A stretch of 64,000 nt of DNA from Narcine bancroftii (lineage: Eukaryota), in NCBI RefSeq assembly GCF_036971445.1, contig NC_091471.1:132990001-133054000 (forward strand), written 5' to 3'. How positions within the stretch are numbered: the first letter of the stretch is position 1; each line of letters starts with the position of its first letter. The position numbers and the translations under genes were made by a program. Below are positions 63,952-64,000 of the stretch, in pieces. Below the pieces are notes generated by a model. The model saw nothing but the letters and a program-made list of their open reading frames with translations, was not told where the DNA came from and did no database searches.

Positions 63952-64000
63952 TATCGTATTTGAACTGGTAACTCCCCTACCTGGTTAAATGAGTGGGCTT

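Noticed and set aside
1-64000. CRISPR arrays, rRNA or prokaryotic defence systems
   Set aside because: Eukaryotic intron/transposon sequence; no regularly spaced repeats or operon-like structure seen.

Overview
Vertebrate genomic window, inferred to be from a cartilaginous fish (shark or ray) from the gene content and repeat landscape. It holds two host genes in convergent, tail-to-tail orientation, with stop codons about 6 kb apart. (1) JCHAIN (immunoglobulin J chain), + strand: exons 2-4 at 378-504, 2580-2660 and 3751-3967. All 8 canonical Cys and the N-I-S glycosylation site are present, but the C-terminal half is remodelled; the signal-peptide exon lies upstream of the window. (2) ANXA5 (annexin A5), - strand: nine coding exons equivalent to human exons 5-13, from 62614 down to 9956. 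All have GT-AG boundaries and the canonical 114/91/80/57/94/96/59 bp sizes. The next exon is 125 bp instead of 123 (two 1-bp homopolymer insertions near an assembly gap, probably an error), and the last carries 63 coding bp. The ANXA5 introns are expanded by transposons: a young full-length L1 with intact ORF2, older and nested L1s, RTE, Rex/Babar and CR1-like LINEs, two internally deleted Gypsy LTR elements, solo LTRs, Penelope fragments, tRNA-derived SINEs and MITEs. Most notable observations: a Gypsy family whose PBS position is a perfect 14-nt antisense to its own LTR AATAAA region and whose RT motif is YLDN; an in-phase A_AAA_AAC slippery site linking an upstream ORF to L1 ORF1; W187C/K193M/D226A-equivalent changes in ANXA5 domain III; and a J chain with a 16-residue tail in place of YPD. 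Comparisons to human proteins and repeat families are from memory; no searches were run.
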